From a virus, in UHGV virus genome UHGV-0080127: a stretch of 22,115 nt of DNA; one strand, given 5' to 3'. A program made the translations under genes and the position numbers. The notes below the pieces were generated by a model, which ran no database searches, was not told the DNA's origin, and was given only the letters and a program-made list of their open reading frames with translations. This document shows, one piece after another, positions 9,570 through 18,209 of this stretch; position 1 is the stretch's first letter, and each line of letters begins with the position of its first letter.

Positions 9570-9615
9570 AACCGCAGGCGGGGAAAGCCTTCATTCAAGG
9601 CTGTAGGTTTGTGCC

Positions 9616-11382
9616 ATGAACACCACACTGACACCCGCAGATCTCGATCCCCGTCGGCAGGCCATGCTGCTGTACTTTCAGGGATACCGCGTAGCCCGCA
9701 TTGCTGAAATGCTGGGCGAGAAAGTTGCAACCGTTCACAGCTGGAAAAAACGCGACAAGTGGGGTGATTATGGGCCGCTGGATCAGATGCAGCTCACTAC
9801 CGCCGCACGCTACTGCCAGCTCATCATGAAGGAGCACAAAGAAGGGAAAGATTTCAAAGAAATTGACCTGCTGGCGCGCCAGTCGGAGCGCCACGCGCGG
9901 ATCGGCAAGTTTAACAATGGCGGTAACGAAGCCGACTTAAACCCTAACGTCGCCAACCGCAACAAAGGCCCGCGCCGTCAGCCGGAAAAGAATGTTTTCA
10001 CCGATGAACAGATTGAGAAGCTGGAAGAAATTTTCCATTCCTCCATGTTCAACTACCAGCGCCACTGGTGGGAAGCCGGAAAAACCAACCGCATCCGCAA
10101 CCTGCTGAAGTCACGCCAGATCGGCGCGACCTTTTACTTTGCCCGTGAAGCCCTGATTGACGCCCTGCTTACCGGACGTAACCAGATTTTCCTTTCCGCC
10201 AGCAAGGCACAGGCCCACGTCTTTAAGCAGTACATCATCGACTTCGCCAAAGAAGTGGAGGTGGAGTTGAAAGGCGATCCGATGGTGCTTCCTAACGGGG
10301 CCACGCTTTACTTCCTCGGCACCAATGCCCGCACTGCCCAGAGTTATCACGGCAACCTGTATCTGGATGAATATTTCTGGATACCGAAATTCCAGGAGCT
10401 GCGCAAAGTGGCTTCCGGTATGGCTATTCACAAAAAATGGCGACAAACCTATTTTTCCACGCCATCCAGCCTGACTCACAGTGCTTATCCGTTCTGGTCC
10501 GGTGCGCTGTTCAATCGTGGGCGCAACAAAGCCGATAAGGTGGACATCGACCTGTCCCACAGCAATCTGGCCCCCGGCCTGCTGTGCGCAGACGGGCAGT
10601 ACCGCCAGATAGTCACTGTGGAAGATGCGGTGCGCGGCGGCTGTAACCTGTTCGACCTCGACCAGTTGCGCATGGAGTACAGCCCGGACGAATACCAGAA
10701 CCTGCTGATGTGCGAGTTTGTGGACGATCTCGCGTCCGTGTTTCCGCTCAGCGAGCTGCAGGCGTGCATGGTGGACAGTTGGGAAGTCTGGACCGACTTT
10801 CATGCTCTGGCCCTGCGCCCGTTTGGCTGGCGCGAAGTGTGGATCGGTTATGACCCGGCAAAAGGTACGCAGAACGGCGACAGCGCCGGATGCGTGGTGG
10901 TGGCACCGCCAGCCGTGCCGGGCGGCAAGTTCCGCATTCTGGAGCGACACCAGTGGCGCGGGATGGACTTCCGCGCCCAGGCTGACGCCATTAAAAAACT
11001 GACGCAGCAGTACAACGTGACCTATATCGGCATCGACTCGACCGGCGTCGGTCACGGTGTCTACGAGAACGTGAAAGCGTTCTTTCCTGCCGTGCGGGAG
11101 TTTGTCTACAACCCCAACGTCAAAAACGCCCTGGTGCTCAAGGCCTACGACATCATCAGCCACCGCCGTCTGGAGTTTGACGCCGGACACACTGACATTG
11201 CGCAGTCATTCATGGCAATCCGTCGCGCAACCACCGCCAGCGGCAACCGCCCGACCTATGAAGCCAGCCGCAGCGAAGAAGCCAGCCACGCCGATCTGGC
11301 CTGGGCAACAATGCACGCACTGTTTAACGAACCGCTGCAGGGCGAATCCGCCAATACCAGCAATATTGTGGAGATTTTTTGA
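9616..11382 (+). CDS. P: Terminase large (ATPase) subunit gpP
   Basis: 588-aa ORF, ATG at 9616; P2 gpP-like; its stop overlaps the Q start (TGATG). Confidence 0.9.
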   Translation: MNTTLTPADLDPRRQAMLLYFQGYRVARIAEMLGEKVATVHSWKKRDKWGDYGPLDQMQLTTAARYCQLIMKEHKEGKDFKEIDLLARQSERHARIGKFNNGGNEADLNPNVANRNKGPRRQPEKNVFTDEQIEKLEEIFHSSMFNYQRHWWEAGKTNRIRNLLKSRQIGATFYFAREALIDALLTGRNQIFLSASKAQAHVFKQYIIDFAKEVEVELKGDPMVLPNGATLYFLGTNARTAQSYHGNLYLDEYFWIPKFQELRKVASGMAIHKKWRQTYFSTPSSLTHSAYPFWSGALFNRGRNKADKVDIDLSHSNLAPGLLCADGQYRQIVTVEDAVRGGCNLFDLDQLRMEYSPDEYQNLLMCEFVDDLASVFPLSELQACMVDSWEVWTDFHALALRPFGWREVWIGYDPAKGTQNGDSAGCVVVAPPAVPGGKFRILERHQWRGMDFRAQADAIKKLTQQYNVTYIGIDSTGVGHGVYENVKAFFPAVREFVYNPNVKNALVLKAYDIISHRRLEFDAGHTDIAQSFMAIRRATTASGNRPTYEASRSEEASHADLAWATMHALFNEPLQGESANTSNIVEIF

Positions 11383-12428
11383 TGAGTGAACCCGAAGCCT
11401 TAACCAGCAAAACGCCAACAGAAGCTACGGCACCGAAAAACACAGGCGTAAGTGCCGAGGCTTTCAGCTTTGGCGATCCGATCCCGGTACTGGACCGCCG
11501 CGAGCTGCTGGACTATGTGGAATGCGTACAGATGGACAGATGGTATGAACCGCCGGTCAGTTTTGATGGGCTGGCTCGCACCTATCGCGCCGCCGTACAT
11601 CACAGCTCACCGATTGCAGTGAAATGCAACATTCTAACCAGCACCTACATCCCTCACCCGCTGCTTAGCCAGCAGGCTTTTTCACGTTTTGTGCAGGACT
11701 ATCTGGTATTTGGTAACGCCTACCTGGAGAAACGCACGAACCGCTTCGGTGAAGTTATCGCCCTTGAGCCTGCTCTGGCAAAATACACCCGACGCGGATT
11801 AGATCTGGATACCTACTGGTTTGTGCAATACGGCATGACCACGCAACCGTATCAGTTCACGAAAGGCAGCATTTTTCACCTAATGGAACCGGATATTAAT
11901 CAGGAGATCTACGGCCTGCCCGGTTATCTTTCTGCCATTCCGTCTGCCCTGCTCAACGAGTCCGCCACGCTGTTCCGTCGAAAGTATTACATTAACGGCA
12001 GTCATGCAGGCTTCATTATGTACATGACCGATGCCGCGCAAAACCAGGAGGATGTGAACAACCTCCGCAATGCGATGAAAAGCGCCAAAGGACCAGGTAA
12101 CTTCCGCAATCTGTTTATGTACTCGCCTAACGGCAAAAAGGACGGGCTTCAGATCATCCCGTTGTCAGAAGTCGCGGCGAAGGATGAGTTTCTAAATATC
12201 AAGAACGTGAGCCGGGACGACATGATGGCAGCACACCGAGTGCCGCCGCAGATGATGGGGATTATGCCTAATAATGTAGGGGGGTTTGGGGATGTGGAGA
12301 AAGCCAGCCGGGTATTTGTTCGGAATGAACTGATGCCTTTACAAAAACGCATTGCCGAAATTAATGAATGGTTAGATGAAGAGGTAGTCAAATTTGAATA
12401 TTATGGCTTAGAAAATAATCAGTCATAA
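11382..12428 (+). CDS. Q: Portal protein gpQ
   Basis: ORF-track start 11379 is TTG; ATG at 11382 overlaps the P stop, with GGAG upstream; about 348 aa, P2 gpQ-like. Confidence 0.9.
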   Translation: MSEPEALTSKTPTEATAPKNTGVSAEAFSFGDPIPVLDRRELLDYVECVQMDRWYEPPVSFDGLARTYRAAVHHSSPIAVKCNILTSTYIPHPLLSQQAFSRFVQDYLVFGNAYLEKRTNRFGEVIALEPALAKYTRRGLDLDTYWFVQYGMTTQPYQFTKGSIFHLMEPDINQEIYGLPGYLSAIPSALLNESATLFRRKYYINGSHAGFIMYMTDAAQNQEDVNNLRNAMKSAKGPGNFRNLFMYSPNGKKDGLQIIPLSEVAAKDEFLNIKNVSRDDMMAAHRVPPQMMGIMPNNVGGFGDVEKASRVFVRNELMPLQKRIAEINEWLDEEVVKFEYYGLENNQS

Positions 12429-12435
12429 AAAAGAA

Positions 12436-12466
12436 GTGAACAAGTTGAATTTATCAGCTTGTTCAC
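12436..12466. terminator. Bidirectional hairpin terminator between convergent Q and the 12484-12952 cassette
   Basis: Perfect 9-bp inverted repeat GTGAACAAG...CTTGTTCAC with a 13-nt loop; on the minus strand it is followed by TTCTTTTTT. Confidence 0.55.
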
Positions 12467-12483
12467 TATTATCTGTATTATCT

Positions 12484-12753
12484 CTACTGCATCCGTCCGG
12501 GTAAATCGCTTTCATTGCGTAAACGCCAAGCTAACTGTTCACGATCCCAAACTATATCGTCTTTGCTAGCCTTTCTAAAATTTGCTAGCACAGTACTGCT
12601 TATAGCGTAATTACCATTCTCATTAGTTTTGATGAACTCGTCCCCAAAGTCATTGATTAGAAATTCAACAACCTCGGACTGATACAACACACCATTAGAA
12701 CGAGTGGTATTAACCATCCAGTCAACTATTTTTATCAGAGAATCATTCATCAT
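12484..12753 (-). CDS. Hypothetical protein (about 89 aa), second gene of the cos-proximal cassette
   Basis: Start placed at ATGATG (12753) overlapping the upstream gene's last codons and stop (GATGATGAATGA); AT-rich; no family recognised. Confidence 0.5.
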   Translation of the reverse strand: MMNDSLIKIVDWMVNTTRSNGVLYQSEVVEFLINDFGDEFIKTNENGNYAISSTVLANFRKASKDDIVWDREQLAWRLRNESDLPGRMQ

Positions 12754-12952
12754 CACTCTCAGCTTTTGGAACAAATAAAACTAGAGTATCTTCGTGAAAA
12801 ACTCCGCGCTGGTTCTTAGCACCAATAAACCACGTACAAACTGCCATTGTAGCCGATTGGTAGTGATCAATTACCATGATTGGACCATGTCCTGTTGCAT
12901 GTTTTACTTTCTGGCCCGGTGTATATTTTGCCACTCTCACGTCTCCTTTCAT
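12743..12952 (-). CDS. Small protein resembling the DUF2158/YodC family (69 aa)
   Basis: ATG at 12952; motifs PGQKVKH..GHGPIMVI and AVCTWF resemble my recollection of YodC-like small proteins; no clear Shine-Dalgarno, possibly a short leader. Confidence 0.5.
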   Translation of the reverse strand: MKGDVRVAKYTPGQKVKHATGHGPIMVIDHYQSATMAVCTWFIGAKNQRGVFHEDTLVLFVPKAESDDE

Positions 12953-13013
12953 GTGTAAGTTATCAATTTCAGAATATATCTACATTAATTGCAAGTAAAC
13001 ATGTTTGCGCGCG

Positions 13014-13032
13014 CTCGTATCCCCGCCACGCC
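13014..13032 (-). other. Candidate cos site (cohesive-end sequence)
   Basis: Minus strand reads GGCGTGGCGGGGATACGAG followed by CGCGCGC, closely resembling my recollection of the P2 19-nt cohesive end GGCGAGGCGGGGAAAGCAC followed by TGCGCGC; correct side and orientation relative to Q. Confidence 0.5.
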
Positions 13033-13075
13033 TGCCCGCTTTTTGTAGCGATTTTCATGCAGGTGCATGACATAA

Positions 13076-13101
13076 GCAAAAGCCCACCAGAACTGGCGGG
13101 C
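13076..13101 (-). terminator. Rho-independent terminator downstream of the 260-aa membrane protein gene
   Basis: Minus strand GCCCGCC-agttct-GGTGGGC (7-bp stem with one G-U pair) followed by TTTTGC, about 50 nt after the stop at 13150. Confidence 0.5.
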
Positions 13102-13149
13102 CTCAGCAAAAACGATCCTCAAACGATCATGCATATTCATGCGGCATAG

Positions 13150-13932
13150 TCATGCAGTGACTTTGGTCTGGTCAGGCGTAGAAAAATCTTCGAAAGATTT
13201 ATAAGTTTCAGTATCAAATATTGAAATACTCTCAACCTGATCCATTGGGATTACATGCCTAAAATGATTTAAGTTCAGTGGAGTTGAGTCTGCTGTAATA
13301 TTTTTACTAAGGTAAAGTTCATAGTAACGATGCTGCTCATGGTATCTGAGCGTATCTTTATCACGATAACCACTGATGTATGGTATGAGAGCCAGATGCT
13401 GAGTTTCCTGATGCTCCATCCGAGGAGCAGCTACGTAACCAATGTAAACTTTTCTGGATTTTAGCGTAACAAAGATGAGCTTACCTTCATCTATAGCCTG
13501 AACTAACAGTGACTCAATTCCATCTTGAGCTGCCATCTCGCGATATGCAGATTGACGAATCTCTTCGTTTTCTATTGCTCTTCGCGCATTGTTACCTTGG
13601 TCATAAGCAATAAACACCGCAAGCAGCATAGACAACACAAAGAACAATGGGTAAGACATTATCTTTACGTCTGTGAGCCATGAATAAAAGTCCACATGTA
13701 ACTTAGGCCAAAAATAACCAAAAAAATTGATAACTGAGCTTATAACTAGCAAGGTAACGAATGTAACAGCCATCAGAGTAAACCCCTGAATAGCAAACTT
13801 ACAACCATGCATAGCTACATAAAAATAGGAATTCCAACCATTACTTCTTGCTTGCCTGATGCGGGACTGGTAATGATTTTCGGTGTACCAGAACCCGCAA
13901 ACCAGGACGACCATGATAACTAAGGGTCCCAT
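13150..13932 (-). CDS. Hypothetical multi-pass membrane protein (260 aa) with a roughly 150-aa soluble C-terminal domain
   Basis: ATG at 13932 lies 3 nt after the upstream gene's TGA with AAGGA inside it (translational coupling); three hydrophobic stretches in the first ~110 aa; AT-rich codon usage unlike flanking phage genes. Confidence 0.6.
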   Translation of the reverse strand: MGPLVIMVVLVCGFWYTENHYQSRIRQARSNGWNSYFYVAMHGCKFAIQGFTLMAVTFVTLLVISSVINFFGYFWPKLHVDFYSWLTDVKIMSYPLFFVLSMLLAVFIAYDQGNNARRAIENEEIRQSAYREMAAQDGIESLLVQAIDEGKLIFVTLKSRKVYIGYVAAPRMEHQETQHLALIPYISGYRDKDTLRYHEQHRYYELYLSKNITADSTPLNLNHFRHVIPMDQVESISIFDTETYKSFEDFSTPDQTKVTA

Positions 13933-13935
13933 TCC

Positions 13936-14136
13936 TCATCCTTGTCGTTTTGCAGCCAATTCTTCCATTCTGGCACGCATTGATTCACGTACCTGCTTAT
14001 TGTTCATGTTTAAGGTCGCCGCACCATTAGCATCTGTGATAATTTTACTATTATCAGACTGTTGCACATCCTGACGGATGATATCCTGCATAATCTTACC
14101 TGGTGCAGAGAGAACTTTGCGCAGAAGTTCAGACAT
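13936..14136 (-). CDS. Hypothetical small soluble protein (66 aa), first gene of the two-gene operon
   Basis: ATG at 14136 with a strong AAGGAGG RBS (5-nt spacer); the ORF-track TTG start at 14211 is rejected because a TATAAT box lies inside that extension. Confidence 0.5.
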   Translation of the reverse strand: MSELLRKVLSAPGKIMQDIIRQDVQQSDNSKIITDANGAATLNMNNKQVRESMRARMEELAAKRQG

Positions 14137-14196
14137 ATTTTCCTCCTTATGCCTCAAACGCCACGGATTGTGGTGCATGGAAGCTGTCATCTTATG

Positions 14197-14202
14197 ATTA
14201 TA
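14197..14202 (-). promoter_or_regulatory. Candidate -10 box (TATAAT) of the promoter for the 13150-14136 operon
   Basis: Perfect TATAAT on the minus strand about 60 nt upstream of the 14136 ATG; the -35 region is weak and AT-rich. Confidence 0.35.
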
Positions 14203-14355
14203 GGACAACAAAAATACGAAACTATTCGAAGAGTGCTACGTATTAACCTATTTACATATCACCCTGCAACCAATTTATCCATAACTAACGCCTCGCACGG
14301 CTCGTTGCTCAACCTTGCGAACGGTAAAAACCAGTTTTATCGTCCGCAACGTTCC

Positions 14356-14589
14356 CTAATGTAACCAGCTGTCGTCTTCCCACACCTTCTGCATAATTTT
14401 CATCACTTGCTTCCTTTCTTCGTCCAGTTGCAGTCCGGTCAGTTCCACACCGTTAGAGCTACCTTTGCGGATACGAATTACCGTTTTGGGATACAGGGGG
14501 CGCAGATTGCGGTAAAGCTCGGATTCAAGGGCGTCCAGTGTAGACTGGCTAATCTTCTGCTCTTTATCGATCATTATTTCAATGCGCAT
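14356..14589 (-). CDS. dinI: DinI-family protein (about 77 aa)
   Basis: From the in-frame ATG at 14589 (AGGTGA RBS) the protein reads MRIEIMIDKEQKISQSTLDALESELYRNL...QKVWEDDSWLH, matching the DinI pattern (MRIEVTI...ETWESADDW). Confidence 0.75.
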   Translation of the reverse strand: MRIEIMIDKEQKISQSTLDALESELYRNLRPLYPKTVIRIRKGSSNGVELTGLQLDEERKQVMKIMQKVWEDDSWLH

Positions 14590-14599
14590 AAAAGTCACC

Positions 14600-14788
14600 T
14601 CAGCTGATGACATCCATTGAGCGGTTGTATTCGTGGGTTCTGATTTTTGCCATGAGTTCATCTGTTAGTTCAGAAACCCACTGCAAAGCCAGCCCCTTCT
14701 CTTCATCACTACACTCACTAGCCGCTACAAGCTTAAGAAAAAAATCAATGCGCTGGAGCTTCAAAGACTCCAAAAAATAGTCCTGCAT
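14600..14788 (-). CDS. Hypothetical 62-aa protein, first gene of the SOS operon (possible Tum-like antirepressor segment)
   Basis: ATG at 14788 with AGGAGGAAAG RBS, about 43 bp downstream of a LexA box; function inferred only from synteny with the 186 tum operon. Confidence 0.45.
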   Translation of the reverse strand: MQDYFLESLKLQRIDFFLKLVAASECSDEEKGLALQWVSELTDELMAKIRTHEYNRSMDVIS

Positions 14789-14828
14789 CTTTCCTCCTAT
14801 GACACCAAAGCAATACTGTATACATAAC

Positions 14829-14848
14829 CACTGTTTATATTTACAGTA
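14829..14848. promoter_or_regulatory. LexA (SOS) box CACTGTTTATATTTACAGTA overlapping a promoter for the minus-strand operon
   Basis: CTGT-N8-ACAG with an AT-rich spacer, matching the E. coli LexA consensus TACTGTATATATATACAGTA; minus-strand TTACAT and TATACT-like hexamers overlap it. Confidence 0.7.
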
Positions 14849-14940
14849 TATAATAATCTTACTGATGTAAAACGTTTTTTTACGTTCATCAGCCTGATAT
14901 GCCTGGTATTATTAAGAGCACGAATTGTTAACCCGCGTAA

Positions 14941-17355
14941 TTAATACAGGTTCCGCCACTTATCATCTTCCTTCAGACGCTGGTTCCGATAGAAGATACG
15001 CAGGCCTGCTCCTGACGGAATACTGCCACCGCGAAGGAGTAAATCGACCTCTTTCTCGCTGCCATCAAATCCTCTGGACTTCAGTTCATAGACGAGCTGC
15101 TGTCGTTGATGGTCTGTAATTCGCTGTTTGTAGTCTCTACGCCGTTTCGGTTTCACCAGGCGTAACCTTACAGCCAGTTCCCGGCGCTCTTTTTTGTTCA
15201 TACTGTGCAGAAAATCGTGCAACTCCTTGTCATCCATGCGGGTAATATCCGTTCTGGTGTCCCCATCAGCTGATTTATCTTTCTCCTGTTGGTTCAAATT
15301 TTCAGCAAGGGGACAGTTATTGCCACGAGTCCAAGGGGCGCAAGCGCCCTGGTCGGCTGCCGCCTCCTGAACGTCAACGGCCTTACGAACCATTTTCCAC
15401 TTCACCGCATGAGTGCAGATCTTGCCCTCTGCAATGGGTGACCAGATGCCATAAATACGAATACCGTGATCGCCATAAGCGGTTGGCTCTTCGTTGATTT
15501 CATAAGCGGTTCTGATGAGGTGATATTTACGGGGAACCAGTACGCCACCCTGCTTCATGATATAGGTGGCAAAACAACCAGCATCAGCAGCAGCCAGAAT
15601 GGCATCAAGGCGCGGGTTATCCAGTACCGGCGCACCTGCTTTTTTGTCACCCTGTTGCCTTGCCGCCTGACCAGCCAGCAATCGCAGTTCACGGTAAGCC
15701 TGACGCCCCGGAATGCCAAAGAAGCGGAATTGCTGAACACGATGCAGAGACGCCCAGGCATTAACGTATTCAGCGTTATCACGCAGGGATTTACCCGTTT
15801 CCTTGCTGATCTCCCCAGCCAGACCACGCCCGTCAATGTTCTTACTGATGTATTTCGCGATATAGCTTGTTGGCGTACCTTTGCGCGGGTTTATCAGCTC
15901 AGACTTAAAGCGTGGTCCCGTGTTATTGCCCAGCTCCTCGCGGTCTTCACGGATGGCAAACTTACGCAGTAATGCAGTGATGGCGCGGCGGTCTTTTTTA
16001 CGCATGAAACACATGAGATGCCAGTGCACAGTACCGTCATGATGCGGCTCAGCTACCCGCACGCCATACCAGCGCAACTCGGCTTTATGCATAGCCTTAC
16101 GAAATGCAGCAAACATGCCGACCAGATAATCGCTACTTTGTCTTACCGTCGCGTTTGTCCAGGTCGGGTTTGGTCTGCCGTTATTGAGCGTGGAATGGAA
16201 ACGCGACGGACAGGTGATAGTGTAGAAAACGGCACAGTCACTGCGCATTTCCGCGATAAGCTCCAGACCTTTAACACAGGCCATCATCTCATTGCGGCGA
16301 TGCGCCGGGTTGCTGCTGCTGGCGTTTACCACATCTTCCATATCCAGCGTGTCGCCGTCTTCGTTCACCAGTTCATGAGAACGAAAAAACTCCAGCGACT
16401 TACGGCGCTGCTCACGTTTATGCATCACGGCTTCATAGCTGACATAGGGGGATGCTTTTTTGCTGACCAGGCAGACAGCACGCAACTGCTCTTCCCGCCA
16501 TTCGCAACGCATCTTCCATAATTTCCGATACCACCAGTCGGCACACAACATACGCGCCAGCGAACCCGGGATGAGTTCATAGGGCACTGGTTTGCGGCGG
16601 TTTCTTTTCCGACGAAGTTTCTCAAACGCAGGCGGGATAACATCCAGACGCAGGGTTTCCGCTGCCACCTTTTCCCATGTCTTGCGGATTTCTTCTGGCT
16701 TAACGTCATCGGTGGCATACAAATCACCACAAGCGTCCTCAAGACACATGCTCATATGCGCTGCTACCAGGGTGGACAGGCGTTTCACCTGATCCTGGCT
16801 CATTTCAGGCAGGATCAGCAGACCCTCCAGCCCTTGATGGCTTGCCATAAAACGGAAAGAAACAGATAGCTGACTGTCACGTACACAATCCAGTCGCTCC
16901 AGACATGGCTTAATCGTCTCACGCAAATAGCGGGAATAAGCCTTTGGCCTGCCCAGGCTGCTGAAGTATTCAATACGTTGCATCAGCGGCTTGCTGATAT
17001 GGGAAGGCTGGGCGTTTACGTCCGCCAGAATGACCATGTCCGGATTAAAACGCTGCTGCTCATGCGCCAGCTTTGCCCGGCTAATGAGCTTATCCTGCTC
17101 CATTTCGCGCTGGACAGGATCACGGGATTCATTAAAGAAATAACGCTCCCAGACCTGCTCACTCAGTGCCTCGCGGCGCAGTTGTTCCTGCTCGTTATCG
17201 GCAGCGTACAGAGTGATCAGGTTTGAAAGTGCAGACTCCGGCGCAACTTCCGCCGGGTCCAGATAAGGGTTAATGGCCTTTTTCGAGCCGTTCCATGAAA
17301 ATGCTGCGGCGGCCTCGTTAAAGCCGCTGCAATTGTTCATATCGTCATGACTCAT
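14941..17355 (-). CDS. A: Replication initiation endonuclease gpA (rolling-circle type)
   Basis: About 804 aa from the ATG at 17355 (ORF-track start 17361 is GTG), which overlaps the dam stop (ATGA); contains an HUH-like motif ([13 protein letters not shown]); P2 gpA-like. Confidence 0.9.
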   Translation of the reverse strand: MSHDDMNNCSGFNEAAAAFSWNGSKKAINPYLDPAEVAPESALSNLITLYAADNEQEQLRREALSEQVWERYFFNESRDPVQREMEQDKLISRAKLAHEQQRFNPDMVILADVNAQPSHISKPLMQRIEYFSSLGRPKAYSRYLRETIKPCLERLDCVRDSQLSVSFRFMASHQGLEGLLILPEMSQDQVKRLSTLVAAHMSMCLEDACGDLYATDDVKPEEIRKTWEKVAAETLRLDVIPPAFEKLRRKRNRRKPVPYELIPGSLARMLCADWWYRKLWKMRCEWREEQLRAVCLVSKKASPYVSYEAVMHKREQRRKSLEFFRSHELVNEDGDTLDMEDVVNASSSNPAHRRNEMMACVKGLELIAEMRSDCAVFYTITCPSRFHSTLNNGRPNPTWTNATVRQSSDYLVGMFAAFRKAMHKAELRWYGVRVAEPHHDGTVHWHLMCFMRKKDRRAITALLRKFAIREDREELGNNTGPRFKSELINPRKGTPTSYIAKYISKNIDGRGLAGEISKETGKSLRDNAEYVNAWASLHRVQQFRFFGIPGRQAYRELRLLAGQAARQQGDKKAGAPVLDNPRLDAILAAADAGCFATYIMKQGGVLVPRKYHLIRTAYEINEEPTAYGDHGIRIYGIWSPIAEGKICTHAVKWKMVRKAVDVQEAAADQGACAPWTRGNNCPLAENLNQQEKDKSADGDTRTDITRMDDKELHDFLHSMNKKERRELAVRLRLVKPKRRRDYKQRITDHQRQQLVYELKSRGFDGSEKEVDLLLRGGSIPSGAGLRIFYRNQRLKEDDKWRNLY

Positions 17356-18209
17356 ACACACACTCCGTACACGGCAGAACTATCCACGCCACGCGAAGGA
17401 TCAAATCCCAACCAGCAGCTCGGCCCGGAAACAGCAATGATTTCTGTTGCAGATTTACCCTCGCCAGCTGACACGCCGATGCTGCGTTTTGCCTTGATAT
17501 AGTGGTGAGTAAAATTGCGATACAGCGAACGAATCAGGGATGTGTCATTGTTAGAAACAATGACCGGATGTCCTTCTGATGACCGATGTTCAAGAATGGA
17601 TGCCAGGTGATACTGGTCATCTTCAGTGAAACCATCAGTGTGATAGCCGGAAAACGTACCGTCATACGGCGGATCGCAATACACCACATCCCCCACCTGC
17701 AGCATCGCCAGCGTTTCATCAAAGCTCGCGCAGATAAACGTTGCCCGCTGGGCTTTCTCTGCAAATGCGCGAATTTCTTTTTCAGGGAAATACGGATTTT
17801 TATAATTACCGTAGGGAATGTTGAAATACCCGCTCTTGTTATAGCGACATAAACCACGGTAACCGTGACGATTGAGATACAGGAAATATATCGCCTTCAT
17901 GAAATCAGTAATTTCAGTTGAGTAATTAAACTCCTGTCTTATGTTGTAATAAGCCAGCTCACTGTTTGCTTCCTCAAATAAAACTTTGGCACGAGATATA
18001 AACGCTTCGCAATCAGCGGCAATCTTTTTATAGAGGTTGATTAAATCAGGATTAATATCCGCAACCAGATAGCTGGGGTAATCCGTCGCCATCATCACAG
18101 CACAAGAACCCGCGAAAGGTTCAACCAGTCGCGGGCCAGCAGGAAGGTATTTTTTCAGTTCGGACATAATGGCGGTTTTATTACCCGCCCATTTCAGGAT
18201 GGTGCTCAT
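17352..18209 (-). CDS. dam: DNA adenine methyltransferase (Dam family)
   Basis: From the ATG at 18209 the protein reads [11 protein letters not shown]..., with AdoMet-binding region and DPPY catalytic motif; translationally coupled to A. Confidence 0.85.
   Translation of the reverse strand: MSTILKWAGNKTAIMSELKKYLPAGPRLVEPFAGSCAVMMATDYPSYLVADINPDLINLYKKIAADCEAFISRAKVLFEEANSELAYYNIRQEFNYSTEITDFMKAIYFLYLNRHGYRGLCRYNKSGYFNIPYGNYKNPYFPEKEIRAFAEKAQRATFICASFDETLAMLQVGDVVYCDPPYDGTFSGYHTDGFTEDDQYHLASILEHRSSEGHPVIVSNNDTSLIRSLYRNFTHHYIKAKRSIGVSAGEGKSATEIIAVSGPSCWLGFDPSRGVDSSAVYGVCV

Noticed and set aside
12880-13149. 89-aa plus-strand ORF spanning the cos-like sequence and terminator
   Set aside because: It runs across the cos and hairpin sequences, has no RBS, and is better explained as non-coding intergenic DNA between two minus-strand modules.
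13936-14211. 91-aa version of the small protein using the ORF-track TTG start at 14211
   Set aside because: A perfect TATAAT box sits inside the extension and a strong AAGGAGG RBS precedes the in-frame ATG at 14136, so the 66-aa form is far more likely.
14314-14345. Imperfect inverted repeat downstream of the DinI-like gene as a possible terminator
   Set aside because: Only about 11 of 15 stem positions pair and there is no clean T-tract; too weak to call.
12430-14350. An Old (OLD-family ATPase-nuclease) or retron/reverse-transcriptase gene in the hotspot
   Set aside because: No ORF of sufficient length and no Walker-type or RT motifs are visible here; the largest ORF is the 260-aa membrane protein.
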